Source of the DNA: Cyanidioschyzon merolae
Taxonomy: Eukaryota
Length of the DNA: 64,000 bases
Reading direction: 5' to 3' (one strand)
NCBI GenBank assembly: GCA_000091205.1
Contig: AP006492.2
Positions 32,134-42,445 of the stretch are shown piece after piece. The position numbers were made by a program, and so were the translations under genes. How positions within the stretch are numbered: the first letter of the stretch is position 1; every line of letters begins with the position of its first letter. The notes beneath the pieces are model-generated. The model was not told the DNA's origin, ran no database searches, and worked only from the letters and a program-made list of their open reading frames with translations.

Positions 32134-35100
32134 GTCCAGCACGCTGTGCACAGTGCTCGAGAGCCTGCACACAACCAACGACATTCGTCGCTGGTTTGAT
32201 GGACTCCGAGCATTTCAAAGCAGCAAGAGTGTCGTGCGGCAGCTCTAAGGGTCATCATGGCGTCGATTGCGCGCATGAAGGGTACGGAAGTTCGATTGTC
32301 GAGGCCGGAACGCTAGCCTGGTGGCGGATGACACGGATCACGACGCAGCGCATCGTCGGCTTGAGACCGCCCGGAACGGCAGTTCCTCAGTCTGGGTACA
32401 CCTGCATCATCAACACGCTTCGTTGACGCTGGAGAAGAGACTGATGGCGATTGTTGGTAACGTTGTGCGGTGGATGTGGCGCTCGCCCTACAGTTTAAAG
32501 TTTTCGGGATTGCATTTTTTGTGCTTAAGGTTGTTTTTAGAAATCGCATCACTTTAGGACTCGAATACGCAACAGTGGGCCGGTACGCTAGATTTTGCGA
32601 GCTAGAACTTTGGACACGAGCGCGTCGTAGGGACCCCGTATGGTCGTAAAGGTATGGCGTGCACCCCGTACGGAAACGGAAACGAGACACCGCGCGGTGT
32701 GTTGTTATCACGATTGTCAGGTTCTATCATACGTTGTACATAAAGGTCAAATCATGGGACGTCATGGTCGTTCGCCATGTACCGAAAGGAACTGGTCTTA
32801 GCGTACATGACCTGCGCTGCAGCCTCGCTGGATTGCTGAACCGCATCACGCCGGGGCATCGCTCCAGACAAGAATCCAATGTAATGAGGCGTACCCACTG
32901 GTTTCATGATCCCAAGTGAGCAGCGTTTCAGCACAATGCCCTCACTGAATACGAAATGAATCCCTCAAGGGCTCGCCTGAAAGCAAGAAGCTGGACGCTC
33001 GGGAAGCTCGAACGATTTTCCGGAATTTTGATCGAGCATACGGCGTCTCGATATAGAAGGTGCTTCCGCGCATCGCTGCTGCTAGAATGATACCCAAGTT
33101 AGCCGCGCATCCGCGATTGCCTCGGCATCTGCTCTTCGATCAGCGTACCGTGCGCCATCTCGTGCGTCCGCCTCTGTTCCACGTTCGTCTGTTCTATCTG
33201 TTCCAGCGTGCACCTACGCTAGTGATTTGTTGATTTCGTCCGGATCGCATCGATGAGAATCGAGAACGATGGCGTCCTGGAAGCGTTGTACACTTACGTC
33301 AGTGGAGCATGCGTACAGCGTTTGAGCGCTGCAGCATGCCGAGCGCAATGGATACCCACAACTCAATGCGACATAGCGGCCATTTCCTCATCCAACTCTT
33401 TGAACAAGTTGCCGAATGCAAGTTTTTCGTCAAAGTACAAGTGAAACAATTGGCGGCCCAACACGTTTTCATATATTCCTGCGAAAAATCGTCGACGTGC
33501 GCCGTTTCAACGCCCATTTACGCGCTTGATCAAGCGTACGAAACATCCACCTCTGCTCTATACGGTGCTGAGGACGTCGATATCAAAATCCTGGCGTCGT
33601 CACGCGCCATGCTGATATGCTTCCTGGCATTCAGTGTGCCCGTCCCTCGATAAATTCGGAACCGCGCATACGTTGAGCAGGTTCATCTGCTTTCCAATCA
33701 AGTTTCTGGCGTTGTGCTCTTGGTTTCGAGGCACGACGATCTCCTTGGTGACCGTCGCTCCAGGAAACACGCTCATCACAAAGTGCTTCTCTTCATTGAC
33801 ATAATTCCGTTGAAATTGTGTCCCGTTGCTCCACGCAGGCCTGAGCTTCACTGCGTGCATATAGATCGGTGTTCCGTCGCTCTCCATCGTACTCATATAT
33901 TACGCTTCACGTACTCCTCGTAAACATGAAACATTGAACGAGCTCCGCCGGTGCACTCTGCCATGGTGTTTGAATGCTTCATACTTGCTCGCAGAAACGA
34001 TCTCCTTATCCGCTTCCACCATTGCGTGGGCGGATGGCATGCATGTGATCTTCATTCTCTAAATCCACTTTTTCCATGGTTTCAGACATAATCGGGGACG
34101 ATGGCGCTCGAGCTCGCCTCTTCGATATATGGGTCGAGTATTCCGCAGGTACTTTGCGTCACCTTCTCTGGAGCGGGCACGCCTATGGGCCGCAGCGCGA
34201 CTTTCCGCCCCGCCCTGCGTACGAGCAGGAGTTCCTTAGCTCGCTTCAGGGCTAGCACAGCGAAAGAATGGTTCGTAAACGAACATTGCCACGGATGCGA
34301 ACGACTCGTCTATTGATCTGTGAGCATCAAATTGGTGTTGGATAACAGAAAAGACGCCTTCGACTGGACTGAATCAGAAACAATAGACTGCACCGGAGTG
34401 CAGCGCAAAGTCGAACTATGCTGTGAAATATTGCACGGTTTTTGGGCGATAAAAAGTGACCTCGACATAGCGCATGACAGACGAGCATCGGACGGCGACG
34501 GCACGAAGCATGCATCGACAAAACGTCATATGATGAACGATCTTTTCTGTTGGACGCTTCATAGGCAAGCGCGCGACTGAGTCGGCTACGAGGCCCATGA
34601 TTTCGAAATGCTTGCTCGTCGCTTCTTCATGATGAGCAGATTTTCCCGCTTTGAGTACCCCGAGAAAGGTCTACGATTTCTCCCGAATGAAGTTTCATTG
34701 AGCAAGACGAACACCTGCCGCTCCTGTAATACGCGTTCACGTTTCAGTGCGAAATCAATCGGTTGTTGTTCGATGCACGACGCTCTCGAGCAGAAGCAAG
34801 CCTTATCGCGTTGTCCATCGGTTTCTTTTCTTCACCTTTCATAGCACCGGTAGAGACGCATCATATCGCGTGGCTCGTTTCGACTTCATTTCATCATAGA
34901 TTGTATGAAAAAGAAAGGATTGGCGAAGAGACATTCGCGCGGCAAGCGTTTGATAATTTCTGATTCAGTTGCACAACGTTCAGGGTATTGACTACCAGAA
35001 CGGTGGTTCATCCATCTGGTTCATGTGAAATAACTGACTTAAGCAATAAATCCCGTTTTTCGCGAGAGACCAGTGACACCATCGATTCCTTCCTCAACCA

Positions 35101-35444
35101 TTCCCCAATCTACAGGATACGTTTCTTCTGTTGAATTCCTGTAAGAAAAACAAACAAAAGCGGAAAAGCGTGCACTGATAAGAGCATTATGCAAGTCACT
35201 ACGCTTCCCCTAACGCTAGGCTCCGAACACGACCGCGACGGTGTATTCGCCTCGGTGGTCTTCGCTCTGACCCCAATCCATGGAAGCGAGCCGAATGCAT
35301 GTACATCGAGACGCAGCGCGTTCACGTGGTCAGCATATCCAGAGAAGCAAACCTGATGTGCGTAGACAGCTGAGGAGGCGTCGCTGCATCGGCTGCTGGG
35401 GCGCAGATTTTGCCCATTGTTGCAGCGCGGACAAGTGTTCCGAA

Positions 35445-36028
35445 TTCTCGAAAATTTACCTTCTAGGTGGAAGGTCTCGCGAGCCGGACGAGCCTGCCGG
35501 GCATACGCCCTGTGCGCCTCTGCAGCGACCGATGCTGTAGGGAGATCTCCGCTGCCCCTCGGCAACGTAATCAATCTGGGGCTCGCAGCGAGTATGCTGC
35601 GTTTCCGCGTCGCGCAGGTCGCAGAGGACTCCGAGCATATCGCTTCGCGCTATCGCAGGCAATACGTCTGTATGCGCATCTTGCAGGCTCCCTGAATGAC
35701 AATGAATCCCGAATCCATATCGTGCAGAACACGCCTCGAGCCGACGCCCTCTGTGGTATAGAAAAGCCGTCCTACGTCCGTGATGCATCCGTACCAAAGG
35801 TAAAGACGCCACTGCGGACTATCAGGGCAGGCATTAGGTGTCCGATAGAACGTAGGAAACGACCAGAATATCCGAGAAAAAGTATAGGTAATGTAACATG
35901 GAAGTAGGGCGTTTGAAGGATACTTCACCTCGCACTAAAAAAACACAAAAAAAAAGTAAGAAAAGAAAAATGCGCGTGATCGGAGAACGCTGGCACAAGT
36001 ACACCTTTTGTCCATGAAAAAAAAATCG
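35445..36028 (+). repeat. R1 repeat, copy d (most complete copy, with an A-rich tail)
   Basis: Head 'ttctcgaaaatttaccttctaggtggaaggtctcgcgagccggacgag'. Core 'cctcgagccgacgccctctgtggtatagaaaagccgtcctacgtccgtgatgcatccgtaccaaagg'. Tail 'gaccagaatatccgagaaaaagtataggtaatgtaac...aaaaaaacacaaaaaaaaagtaagaaaagaaaaatgcgc...gtccatgaaaaaaaaatcgg'. It ends 408 bp upstream of the bZIP ATG. Confidence 0.6.
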
Positions 36029-36435
36029 GTGCTTCCAATTCTGGACACAGGTGGTGCTGGCGCAGCATCGCACAGCGCGCTCCATCAGCATGCCGCGGCA
36101 CACCGCGCGCCGTGGGCGCCACACACGCGAGCGTCTGCTCAGCGCGCTGCGCGGCACAGGAATCCAGATGCATGCGGTCTGTTGTTTTTTTTGATTGTTC
36201 GTTGCTGGTGGTCGCGTCTCGGCTGCAAGTTGCATATTCTTCGTGTCGGCGTGGTTGTGGGGTGCGTTCTTCCACTGGTACTAGAGGACAGGTTGTCAAT
36301 CTTGGTCGCTGACGACGAAAGCGCTCTTTAAGGGTTAGGCGCTGCGCTACTAACGCGGCACGCGTTTGACGGCAAGCTCTCTGCACCAGATAGGACGCTG
36401 CGGCTGCACCGACGCGTTCGCTTCGGCGTTCGTGT

Positions 36436-38151
36436 ATGAGTGAGGAGCGTGTGCATCAAAGCTCACCGCCTGCCTGCTTTAGAGGACCAGAATCAACGCC
36501 GTCTGTTTCGTCCACCGACGAACTCGCTGGTACGAAGCGTGAGCACCTTGTAGACTCGGAAAGGAGTTACCTGCAGCTGCCGGCGCTGACGGATCACTCC
36601 GATCTTTCGCTTGCCAGTTTACCCCTATTAGTGCAAGTCTCGGACACCCAGTCAGGGGATAGCGCGAAATCTGACTCGGAGCGAGCTTATGCACTAGTGC
36701 ACGTGTCACCTATTGCGACGGTTCGGGAGGTAAAGCAAGAGCTCGTGAAACAGGGTATAATCCCTGTCGAAGATCTACCTTCGGTGCAGCTGATATTTGG
36801 AGAAGAGACGTTATCGGAAAACTCCCCTTTAACAGAGTACTTCCTTCCGGAACTCTACGACTATTCGGAGGCATTGCTGCGAATGATTGATCAAGGAGGA
36901 CTCGACGTGGAGCAGAAACATGAAGCCATGGAGCGCGCGCTCCAAGTGATAGGGAGTATGCGCGATGGAATCTCCTCGGGCCGCGAGTCCAGCAGCACGA
37001 AGCCATCTGTGGCAAGTGCGGTTCAGCGCGCGGCAGCGCCTGGTAGCGAGCGACTTCAGCTGCCCGGAATCGACATGCTACCGCGGCCGTTAGGAACGAG
37101 CGCCGTCCATCTCGAGAACGAGGGCGCTACCGACGTTGTGGCAACTAGAAACGTTTCACCCGGGAAGGGCGTGACAGCAGCGCCTCTATGGTCGCCTATG
37201 CTGCCGTCTTTGTCGCCCACAGGAGCCAGCGTCATCGCAACCGAACCGTATGCGCTCTGGACGCCAATGCAGCTGAGCACGCCGATGGATATGGCCGAAA
37301 GGTTACACATGCTGGAGCCGAGACTTTTCACACCTGAGGGTGTTTCTGCTGTGGGGGCGTTCGTGCCGCTTTCAGCACGTCTGCGGCAGCAGAACGGGGG
37401 CCATTCCGCCCGTCTTATCGCGCAAGAGCCGGCTCTTCAACCAGGCGGTGGAGCGATAAGTGGCACCTCCTCCTTCGTCGACGCTAGAACACGCTCGCTG
37501 GCAGAAGCAGGACCGCTCGAATCCTCAGTAATACGGGGATCAGAAGCTCCTTGTGACATACCCAAGAAACGTGCAAAATACGCGAGGGCCGCGTCCGGAG
37601 CGCGAACCAGCACAGCGGGTAGCTCGTACTCGAGCGATATGACTGGACAATCACGCTGCGATCAGGACTGCGAATCTCCGCAACCTGGCGACGCAAGCTC
37701 CCTAGCGAGGAGCGGACCCCATGAACACACGGCGTCCGTTCAGAGCGCCGCGAACCAGCGTCTTGTTTCGAATTTGAAAAATTTACCGGATCGATGGGTC
37801 ATGGAAGGCGCCCACGAGGGCCAGGTCCCTGTTCGCGGTCGTAGCCAGGCGAGTCAGGGAACAGAGGCGTCTTCGAGCGACAGCCGCCCAGTACGGCTTG
37901 CGAGCCTGTCGCCCGAAGAGCGCCGCCGGCGCCGCATGGAGCAGAACCGCAAAAGCGCGGAACGCTCGCGCTTGCGCAAAAAGGAACTCGAACAGCGATA
38001 TCGTGCGGCGGTCCGTCAGCTTAGTGAAGAGAATGCTGAGCTGCGTCGACAGCTCGACTCGTTTCGCGAACAAATTCAACGAATGCAGCAGCTACTCGCG
38101 GTGCAGATGCGAGCGACATCCGCACCGCTGGACACACCGTCGCAACAGTAA
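36436..38151 (+). CDS. bZIP transcription factor with a possible N-terminal ubiquitin-like segment
   Basis: The C-terminus RRRRRMEQNRKSAERSRLRKKELEQRYRAAVRQLSEENAELRRQLDSFREQIQRMQQLL carries the N-x7-R basic-region signature NRKSAERSRLRKK followed by heptad leucines. Confidence 0.8.
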   Translation: MSEERVHQSSPPACFRGPESTPSVSSTDELAGTKREHLVDSERSYLQLPALTDHSDLSLASLPLLVQVSDTQSGDSAKSDSERAYALVHVSPIATVREVKQELVKQGIIPVEDLPSVQLIFGEETLSENSPLTEYFLPELYDYSEALLRMIDQGGLDVEQKHEAMERALQVIGSMRDGISSGRESSSTKPSVASAVQRAAAPGSERLQLPGIDMLPRPLGTSAVHLENEGATDVVATRNVSPGKGVTAAPLWSPMLPSLSPTGASVIATEPYALWTPMQLSTPMDMAERLHMLEPRLFTPEGVSAVGAFVPLSARLRQQNGGHSARLIAQEPALQPGGGAISGTSSFVDARTRSLAEAGPLESSVIRGSEAPCDIPKKRAKYARAASGARTSTAGSSYSSDMTGQSRCDQDCESPQPGDASSLARSGPHEHTASVQSAANQRLVSNLKNLPDRWVMEGAHEGQVPVRGRSQASQGTEASSSDSRPVRLASLSPEERRRRRMEQNRKSAERSRLRKKELEQRYRAAVRQLSEENAELRRQLDSFREQIQRMQQLLAVQMRATSAPLDTPSQQ

Positions 38152-40825
38152 TCCATTGAGGTCCCTACGCTTTACTTAGAGCTTTTCGTTCGCTTTTAAG
38201 CCGAGACGGCAGGTTGCGCAACGTCATCGAGTTGTAGACGCGCACGAATAGCGAGTGCTTATTTCTCGACACGATGAAACTGGATTCGGAAAATAGATTC
38301 ATGAACTAAAGAGTGAACTGATTCCCGATGGAGGCCGAACGCCGTTCGAAAGTCGAACGACGGCAGTGCACCGTAGTGGCGAGAAGGCCGCCCTAGACTT
38401 AACGACTCCAACTGGCGTACTGACGCTTCCTAGGCTTTCTGGACCGGCCACCCACTACTGATTCCAACTTCTTCTCATATAAATCAACTTTGAGAGGTTG
38501 TCCAATAAAGTTCTCTCGTGTCCGCTCTGGAGGTCTTTTCTCCAGCACCGCGCATCTCCTGATATTGATAGCGGCGTTGAAGTCTCGGTTAACGAACTCC
38601 ATACGCTTCTTGCCATCATTGGTTGTACATACTAATGCAATGAGTCCACGAACTTTTGCCTTCCGTTCCATTTGCTCTCCCGTCAGCGGTCCGTACTTTG
38701 CAATTTCCTCAGGACTCCTCTGGCACTTTTCCATCTCCAGGCTCTGGAGTGTGCACCCCAGTTCATGATGTGTATAAAATGTTCGAAACTCATGGATCGG
38801 TATTGTGACAAAACGCCGTGCACACTCCTTGTACGTTCTTGTCGTCGGAGCTGGCAGAGTTCCTTTTTGGGTGTTCCATCGCCCTGCTCCGTACGCTACT
38901 ACAAGCCTCTGTCTTTCATCCTTCTTCGAGGCGCTCAACTCATTGAAAAAATTCGCGAACGCCCGCTACCTCCCACCATATAGATTCGTACGCAGACGAG
39001 CCCACCGGGGCTCTGTATACTCCTCCCACAGCGCCTCCCAATGGGCAACAAGAACTTCCATGAAATTCCGAAAAGCTGTAAAGTCCGCTCCTCGGCTCGT
39101 CACCTCGCTCATAGCTTCAAGGTGATCCTTCATTCCTGCGTTCCACGTAACGATTTTCTTCCTTGCATTCATTATACCGGATTCTCGGTAGTATCTTGCT
39201 CTGGAGAACCTCCAAAGGCGCATGTCTTTCTGACGTAATTTGCCGTCAGTACCATATTCCGCACGCTTCGGTGCTGTGATGGTTATGATATTCGTGTTCC
39301 CAGGGTCTGCGCCGACGACAAAGTCGTTATCTTGGACTCTCTCCGTCGCAGGACCCGCCTCCTTCTTTTCTTCATGTTTCGCCGCGCCAACGACAAGGTC
39401 GTTATCCCGCACCTCCTGCATTGCAGGACCCGCCTTCTTCTCATCTTCATCCTTCGTGACGGGCGCAGCCAAAGGCGGACCAGCACGATCTTTCTACAAC
39501 CGCCGATAGTGTACACACAAGGCTACTCCATCGGTTTCGATCAACCCAGTGAACCACTTTTGCTCGCTCATTTTGAGACGTTTGAAATTGAAGATATTCT
39601 TCCAGTACGTTTCCCGGTTTTCATCGGAGAACTCCTCCCTGTTACCATTGAACTCCGGACTGATCCCCTTCATGATGCCGTAAAGGACTCTGGAGTCGGT
39701 ACTCACGAAATGTGACTTGATGTTGCACATTGGAACGACGTTGAAGCGCTTCCCCATTGGGACAGCCTTCCGTCTCTCCCACTCTTCATTTTTTTTCCCC
39801 ACTCAGCTTCATCTCTGCTTTGCGCTCGAGTTCTCGGTCCATGAACACGAAATACCGTACGACGAGGCGATCGTATCTTTCCTTATCTTTTTTCATGTCT
39901 GATATCTTGTCTGTTGGATTCGCCAACCCAGTACCGCACGATGCTCTTGAATAGCCGCACGGATTACAGAAGCTTCATTCGTGCTCTCGTTTGACGCCTT
40001 CTCGTCGACAAATTCGACCTCATCTTCACGCTTGCGATCTTTCACGATGTCGTTGATAATCGCCCATTTCCCATGGCGAGAGATGCCCTGGTACAGCGCA
40101 AACACGGCGCGTATCATGAAACGTTCGGGGTTCACTGTCAAATGGTTCTTCAGATTCGTGAAGTACTTCATTGCCCCGTCTGTGTAAATATCCCCGTCAC
40201 CCTTGTATCGAGTACCCTCGAGGCTGTAAAAGGGATGTTTTTCGTGGAGAGCATGCACTAGCTCATTTTGCCTCCTCGTTTCCCCTGTACCAAGCATCAG
40301 GTAACGAATAAAGTCTTATCGAAAAACTCGTCCGGAATCTCGACCGTTTCCGTGTGCGTCACGTCTCCGTACATCTCCCTCGCCAAATGAATCAATCCTG
40401 ACGACACCTCGACAACACGCTTGGAGTACGAGTCGACACGTTTTGCTGATACCCTCTCGCAACTTTTCCCTCTAGGGATCCTTGATATGTCCAAGACGAA
40501 AAGGTTTTCACCATAATATCGTCGTGCTGTCGTCTTTCCTGCAGCTTCTGACGTTGGACCTCTCCGTTTTGCCTCTTCGTCTTGTATTGTGGCTCCGGGC
40601 TTGGTACTTTTGTTCGTTTTTTTTCTGGCAGCCGGCGACACCTGTCTTCCAGGATCCTTCATTTCCATGTCCATAGCTTTCCTTTGTTATTTTTTTGAAG
40701 AAGAGCGCACATGAAACGCGTTTGCTGTACACCGCGGGAAAGCACTTGAGTACACGCATTTGAGGGTTGAAACACGGTTGCACTGACAGACTATACGCTG
40801 CTAGGGCTTTAATGCAAATACAACT
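38152..40825 (-). mobile_element. Fanzor/TnpB-like (OMEGA-family RuvC nuclease) element, copy B; the more complete copy
   Basis: The ORF series 40297..40674, 39893..40297, 39494..39802, 38966..39472 and 38399..38938 reconstructs a roughly 700-aa protein. A RuvC-I-like motif reads [18 protein letters not shown]. The C-terminus has a TnpB-like Cys-containing helper region (EFRTFYTHHELGC...EKCQ) and a RuvC-III-like motif FVNRDFNAAINIRRC. Its upstream boundary at about 40825 is defined by homology to copy A ending after 'gcaaatacaact'. The low-GC 3' flank 38152-38398 presumably holds the right end of the element. Confidence 0.6.
38399..40674 (-). pseudogene. TnpB/Fanzor-like RuvC nuclease gene (copy B), interrupted by at least three frameshifts and an internal 20-codon tandem duplication
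   Basis: See the mobile-element entry. The frameshift sites differ from those of copy A. A duplicated peptide [20 protein letters not shown] / [21 protein letters not shown] lies immediately before RuvC-I. Confidence 0.55.
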
Positions 40826-41033
40826 CGTACGTTATAGCAATACGCTCATATTAAGGATCGCGTTTCCCAGTTACGGCAAGATGCGCTTTGCGTCTCATGC
40901 ATGCCAGATATGGAGATGCGCGTCTTGACTGCGCTCTAAAATAAAGAGCGGATAGGAACCTCTAAATACCAACTATATAACAATTTCTGGCCCCGCCTGC
41001 GATAAACGTTGAAAAAGGGAAAAGCTTACGGTA

Positions 41034-41640
41034 TTCTCGAAAGTATACCTTTTAGGTGCAAGGTCCCGCGAGCCGGACGATTCTGCCAGGGTTGTGCCTC
41101 ATGGTCGCCGCAGTGCTTCGTGCTGTAGTAAGATCTGAGCAGTTCGTCCGAAACGCAGTTGATTCTGGTACTCGTAGCGGGTATGCTGCACGTGGGCGTC
41201 GCTCTGGTCGCAGTGGACTCCTCGAATATCGTTTCGCGCTGCCACCGGCACTACGTCCGTCTCTACTGTTTCCACGCTCCCGGAATAATAATGTACTCCA
41301 GACCACGTGTCGGATGCATCATAATTCGATCCGACGCCCTCAGAAGCATGGAAAACCCGCCCTGACTTCGTGCTGCATCTGCCGCAGCGGTCTGACCGCA
41401 GACGCGGGTGCCCCAGACAGGCAAGACCCCCGATAGAACGTAAAAGAACGATCAGTATTTTCGAAAGCAAGTCTGAATGATAGACCTTGGTACACCAGCA
41501 TGACGAACGCTTTGTTTCGATTACCAGTACGCATCCCGCAATCTGGGATCCTTCGTCAATGGAACCGGTTTATCAAGAGTAGAGAAGATCACAAGCAGCG
41601 TGGCCGCCGCCTGCCTGACACAGCGGCTACACGGCCTACA
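41034..41640 (+). repeat. R1 repeat, copy e
   Basis: Head 'ttctcgaaagtataccttttaggtgcaaggtcccgcgagccggacgattctgccaggg'. Core 'ccgacgccctcagaagcatggaaaacccgccctgac'. Its extended 3' part, 'gcatcccgcaatctgggatcc', is shared with copy g ('gcatcccgcagtctaggatcc'). It lies about 210 bp beyond the upstream end of Fanzor-like copy B, separated by a spacer homologous to that of copy A. Confidence 0.55.
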
Positions 41641-41728
41641 GCATTGCTGTTTATCGACGCGCTGCCAAACGGACGCGCAGGGACTCGTCGTACGCGTTAC
41701 ACTCTCTCGGTGGAAGCACACGTTTCCA

Positions 41729-42115
41729 ATGGCAACACGACACATGCTTTGGATGCTTGGACGTTATATTCGAAAGGTGCCTTTAGGGCGTTTGGGTGAC
41801 TCGGCACGGGCGCGAGCGCTGTCAAGCAGCGCGGCGCGCGGGCATGCCTCCTCTTCGCACGTCGCTGGCTCGGAAGGTGCACACGCGAACGCTACGTTTG
41901 AACGCTGGCGACTGATGAGCGCACTCGGAGCACTACCCGTTCTGATCTACGGTGTATGGCTGTTCCGGCAGCCGCACGAGCACGCAGAGCCGCCGCCTCC
42001 GTACCCGTATCTGCGGAGGCGGGTGCGCGATCCAGCTTTTCCCTGGGGCAACCACGAGCTGCTGGGCACGCCCTGGGATCATGAGTCGCCCCACGCTCAC
42101 ACAGACTCTGAGTGA
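41729..42115 (+). CDS. COX6A: Cytochrome c oxidase subunit VIa (COX6A). The start is uncertain, because the ORF opens at 41600 inside the R1e tail.
   Basis: WRLMSALGALPVLIYGVWLF is a single TM helix. It is followed by PYPYLRRRVRDPAFPWGNHELLGTPWDHE, which matches the COX6A signature (hlriRtKpfPWGdGnhtlFhN). Confidence 0.55.
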   Translation: MATRHMLWMLGRYIRKVPLGRLGDSARARALSSSAARGHASSSHVAGSEGAHANATFERWRLMSALGALPVLIYGVWLFRQPHEHAEPPPPYPYLRRRVRDPAFPWGNHELLGTPWDHESPHAHTDSE

Positions 42116-42445
42116 GCATCACGGACTGAGGGGACGCGTTGGTTTTCTAGTCTGGCAATATGCCCGAGCATCGCGTGTAACGGCTTCGATCGCGGATACA
42201 TCCTAATCATCAGGCTTATCGTCACGGAAGCTTTTCATGGAAATCCTATCTCGAACTCAGGTAATGCTGCGGATGTGGACGGGTGCTCGCGTGGTCTCTT
42301 GGGTCTCGTCACCTCTCGCCCGGCATACAGAGCATGCTACGGACGGGCGCGTGCCCATCAGGAACACAACGTGCCTGTGATCTCCCGTTCCCGTACGCGA
42401 TGCTCGTTTCTGTAGCGCGCTGGATGCAGCCTCCACCCTGGTAAC

